Source of the DNA: the human T2T-CHM13v2.0 reference genome, Homo sapiens
Strand: one strand, 5' to 3'
Length of the DNA stretch: 64,000 bases
NCBI RefSeq assembly: GCF_009914755.1
Contig: NC_060929.1
The notes below the pieces were generated by a model. That model saw only the letters and a list, made by a program, of their open reading frames with translations. It was not told where the DNA came from and did no database searches. This document shows, in pieces, positions 60,526 to 64,000 of this stretch. Within the stretch, counting starts at the first letter, position 1. Each line of letters opens with the position of its first letter. A program made the position numbers and the translations under genes.

Positions 60526-61696
60526 CATTTATTTTTATTATACTTTAAGTTCTAGGGTACATGTGCACAACGTGCAGGTTTGTTACATATGTATACGTGT
60601 GCCATGTTGGTTGGCTACACCCATTAACTCGTCATTTACATTAGGTATTTCTCCTAATGCTATCCCTCCTCCATCCCCCCACCCCACGACAGGCCCCGGT
60701 GTCTGATGTTCCCCCACCCTGTGTCCAAGTGTTTTCATTGTTCACTTCCCACCTATGAGTGAGAACATGTGATGTTTGGTTTTCTGTCCTTGTGATAGTT
60801 TGCTGAGAATGATGGTTTCCAGCTTCATCCATGTCGCTACAAAGGATGTGAACTCATCTGTTTTTATGGCTGCATAGTATTCCATGGTGTATATGTGCCA
60901 CATTTTCTTAATCCAGTCTATCATTGATGGACATTTGGGTTGGTTCCAGGTCTCTGCTATTGTGAATAGTGCCGCAATAAACATATATATGCATATGTCT
61001 TTATAGTCGCATGATTTATAATCCTTTGGGTATATACCCAGTAATGGGATGTCTGGGTCAAATGGTATTTCTAGTTCTAGATCCTTGAGGAATCGCCGCA
61101 CTGTCTTCCACAATGGTTGAACTAGTTTACACGCCCACCGATAGTGTAAAAGCATTCCAAATTCTCCACATCCTCTCTAGCACCTGTTGTTTCCTGACTT
61201 TTTAATGATCTCCATTCTAGCTGGTTTAAGATGGTATCTCATTGTGGTTTTGATTTATATTTCTCTGATGGCCAGTGATGATGAGCATTTTTTCATGTGT
61301 TTGTTGGCTGCATAAATGTCTTCTTGTGAGAAGTGTCTGTTCATATCCTTTGCCCACTTTTTGATGGGGTTGTTTGATTTTTTTCCTGTAAATTTCTTTA
61401 AGTTCTTTGTAGATTCTGGATATTAGCCCTTTGTCAGATGGGTAGATTGCAAAAATTTTCTCCCATTCTGTAGGTTGCCTGTTCACTCTGATGGTAGTTT
61501 CTTTTGCTGTTCAGGAGCTCTTTAATTTAATTAGATCCTATTTGTTAATTTTGGCTTTTGTTGCCATTGCCTTTGGTGTTTTAGTCATGAAGTCTTTGCC
61601 CATGCCTTTGTCCTGAATAGCATTGTCTAGGTTTTCTTCTAGGGTTTTTATGGTTTTAGGTCTAACATTTAAGTCTTTAATCCATCTTGAATTAAT
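60526..61696 (-). mobile_element. 5'-truncated L1PA (~1.17 kb)
   Basis: L1 3' UTR and ORF2 C-terminus. 10-bp TSD ATTATCAATT at 60516-60525 and 61697-61706. Confidence 0.92.
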
Positions 61697-61926
61697 ATTA
61701 TCAATTTTAGTAGCATTGTTTTCTTCACATAGGTCTTCATTTTACAGTGTTTCTTCATCCATGGCAAGGGAGGATGATTTTACATTTATTGAAGTGCTAA
61801 AAGTTTCTTCTAAAAATAATATTCAAAGTGAGTCAAATTATTAAGTAAAAAAAAGTACAAGTCATATACAGATTTTGGAAAAAACTGTGAAAGCAGTTCT
61901 GAAGGGCCAGGGTTGGGGAACATTGA

Positions 61927-62273
<347 letters not shown>

Positions 62274-62627
62274 TGGCATAACTTATTTTGGAAAGAATAA
62301 AGACATAGTTTATTATTCCTGTGTCTACCTTTTAAGATGCTAAATTGAGTGTTGCAGGCACTAGAATATGCATAGAGCCCAGACGGGCCACAGGAAGCAG
62401 TTCTAGGAGTGTATGCTTATACCAGAGGCACTTATCTGGAAAGAGATCAAAGTAGTCCTTTGGAAGCTGGGACTGGCACCAATTATATAAATTCCTCCAA
62501 TATATGACTAAAGCAAGTCATTGGAGACATAAGCTTTAAAATTAAATCATCTCTTAATTTACTTATTTCCAGCTTTTAAAGTATACAATAATTACCATTC
62601 ACTGAACATTTAGTATACCTCCTATAC

Positions 62628-63176
62628 TGTGGTAGGAACCTCTAATATGGTGGTTCCCAGTGATCTCCACTTCCTGGTATTCATGCCCTTGTGTAATCTC
62701 CTTTTATTGACTGTGGTCTAGACCTAGAGACTCCTTTCTAATGAAGGGAATTCTGCAAAAAATGATGGGATGTCACCTCCCATATTAGGTTATAAAAAGA
62801 CAGTGGCTTCCAATTTGGTGCTCTTTCTCACTTTCTCTTGGATGATTAGCCCTGAGGAAAACCAGCTGCCATGTTGTATAGCAGTCCTGTGGAGAGGCCC
62901 ACAGAGTGAGAAACTGAGGCCTGCTAACAGTCATGTAGGTGAATTTGGAAGCAGAACTCCTTCCCATGCCAAAACCACCCACCTGTTGAGCCGTCAGATG
63001 AGCCCACAGCCCTGACCAACAGCTTGAGTGCAACCTCAAGGGAGACCTTGAGCTAGGGGTGCCCAGCTAAGATGCTCCTGAACTTGTAATCCACAGAAAC
63101 CATAAGATAATAAATGTCTGTTGTTTCAGCTCCTAAGGTTTGGAGTAATTTGTTATGTACCAATAGATAATTAGCA
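62628..63176 (+). mobile_element. MaLR LTR (MLT1E/F-like)
   Basis: TGTGGTAGG..CCTGGTATTCATGCCCTTGTGTAATC...AAGGTTTGGAGTAATTTGTTATG..CAATAGATAA. Confidence 0.7.
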
Positions 63177-64000
63177 TAGGTAATGTACTAAAAGTAAGTA
63201 GTTTTCTTCTATGATCTTATTTAATCCTACCAGTAATCTGTGAAGTTAATATTTTTTATCTGTTTTACAGATGAAGAGAAGTTCAAGAAGAATGGTGTTT
63301 GAGCCATATTAAAACTTCAATATAGGTTGTTAATTATTAACAATATTGCAATAGCAATAATAGTGGTTTTAGTATTAGTTCCTATCTAATACTTTAGTTC
63401 CTTTTAAAATTCCTTGACTGATGAACACTTCAGTGATTAGTTAGTAATTCTCTCATCTTCCGGATGAGAATTCTGAGGTCTAGGTCGATCCCATAACTTG
63501 ATTATTGCTTTAATACACCTAGCAAAGAGATAATAATCCTAAATCAATTTATAGTGAATTAGGCAAATTAAAAACCTTGGAGGAAATATCCACGGAATAT
63601 GTAACTACATTAAACTAGGGTTTAAATAAGTCTAAGACTTAGAATGTATTTCCCCAGTTTCTGGCTTAACATATTATTTTTCATCCCAGGTAAAGAGATG
63701 AAAAGACTAATCTTACAGGTTTAGTGAGCCCAAGGGTGTAGGCATGGCTGAGGATTCAGGCACTGTCCTGGAAGATACTGGACAGAAAGATTCGTCATTG
63801 ACTGAATTAAAGGTGGAGTATGGCTGACTGTTCCTTAGGAGCTTTGGCTGTTTAACCAATGAGCAGGAGTGCATGGCATTTAGCAGAACACATGGAAGCC
63901 CACTCGATCTCCCTCTGGCTGGCTGCCTCACTGGTTTGCAGATGTTCTCCTTCTAGAATTACCTGGAGTGAAAGAATCATTGCAAACCGAATTTCCATTA

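Noticed and set aside
63713-63931. 72-aa minus-strand ORF containing NAMHSCSLVKQ as the next upstream ATP10B exon
   Set aside because: Only a faint likeness to the P-domain N-I-x-x-S-C segment, with no TGDK motif and no fitting splice sites. The real upstream exon appears to lie outside the window.

Overview
Human (primate) genomic DNA. The window holds the 3' part of the P4-ATPase lipid flippase gene ATP10B on the minus strand. Eight coding exons between 59681 and 18048 splice with GT-AG boundaries into one 515-aa C-terminal frame ending ...[10 protein letters not shown], followed by a ~2.3-kb 3' UTR with a polyA signal at 15741-15746. Positions 1-15700 are intergenic. The rest is mostly transposon-derived: two near full-length L1PA elements in opposite orientation, truncated L1s, Alus, THE1/MST/MLT1/ERVL LTRs and MER DNA-transposon relics. 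There are no CRISPR arrays, RNA genes or prokaryotic features. The most interesting observations are: (1) an intronic L1 whose antisense promoter and extended, open ORF0 point into the last ATP10B exons, with some donors in frame; (2) a 167-bp local inverted duplication in the last intron with strongly strand-biased G-U compatibility; (3) inverted L1s bracketing in-frame exon blocks; (4) several small duplications, including an exact 24-mer present twice in the 3' UTR. Repeat subfamily names are from memory of consensus sequences and need RepeatMasker/Dfam confirmation.
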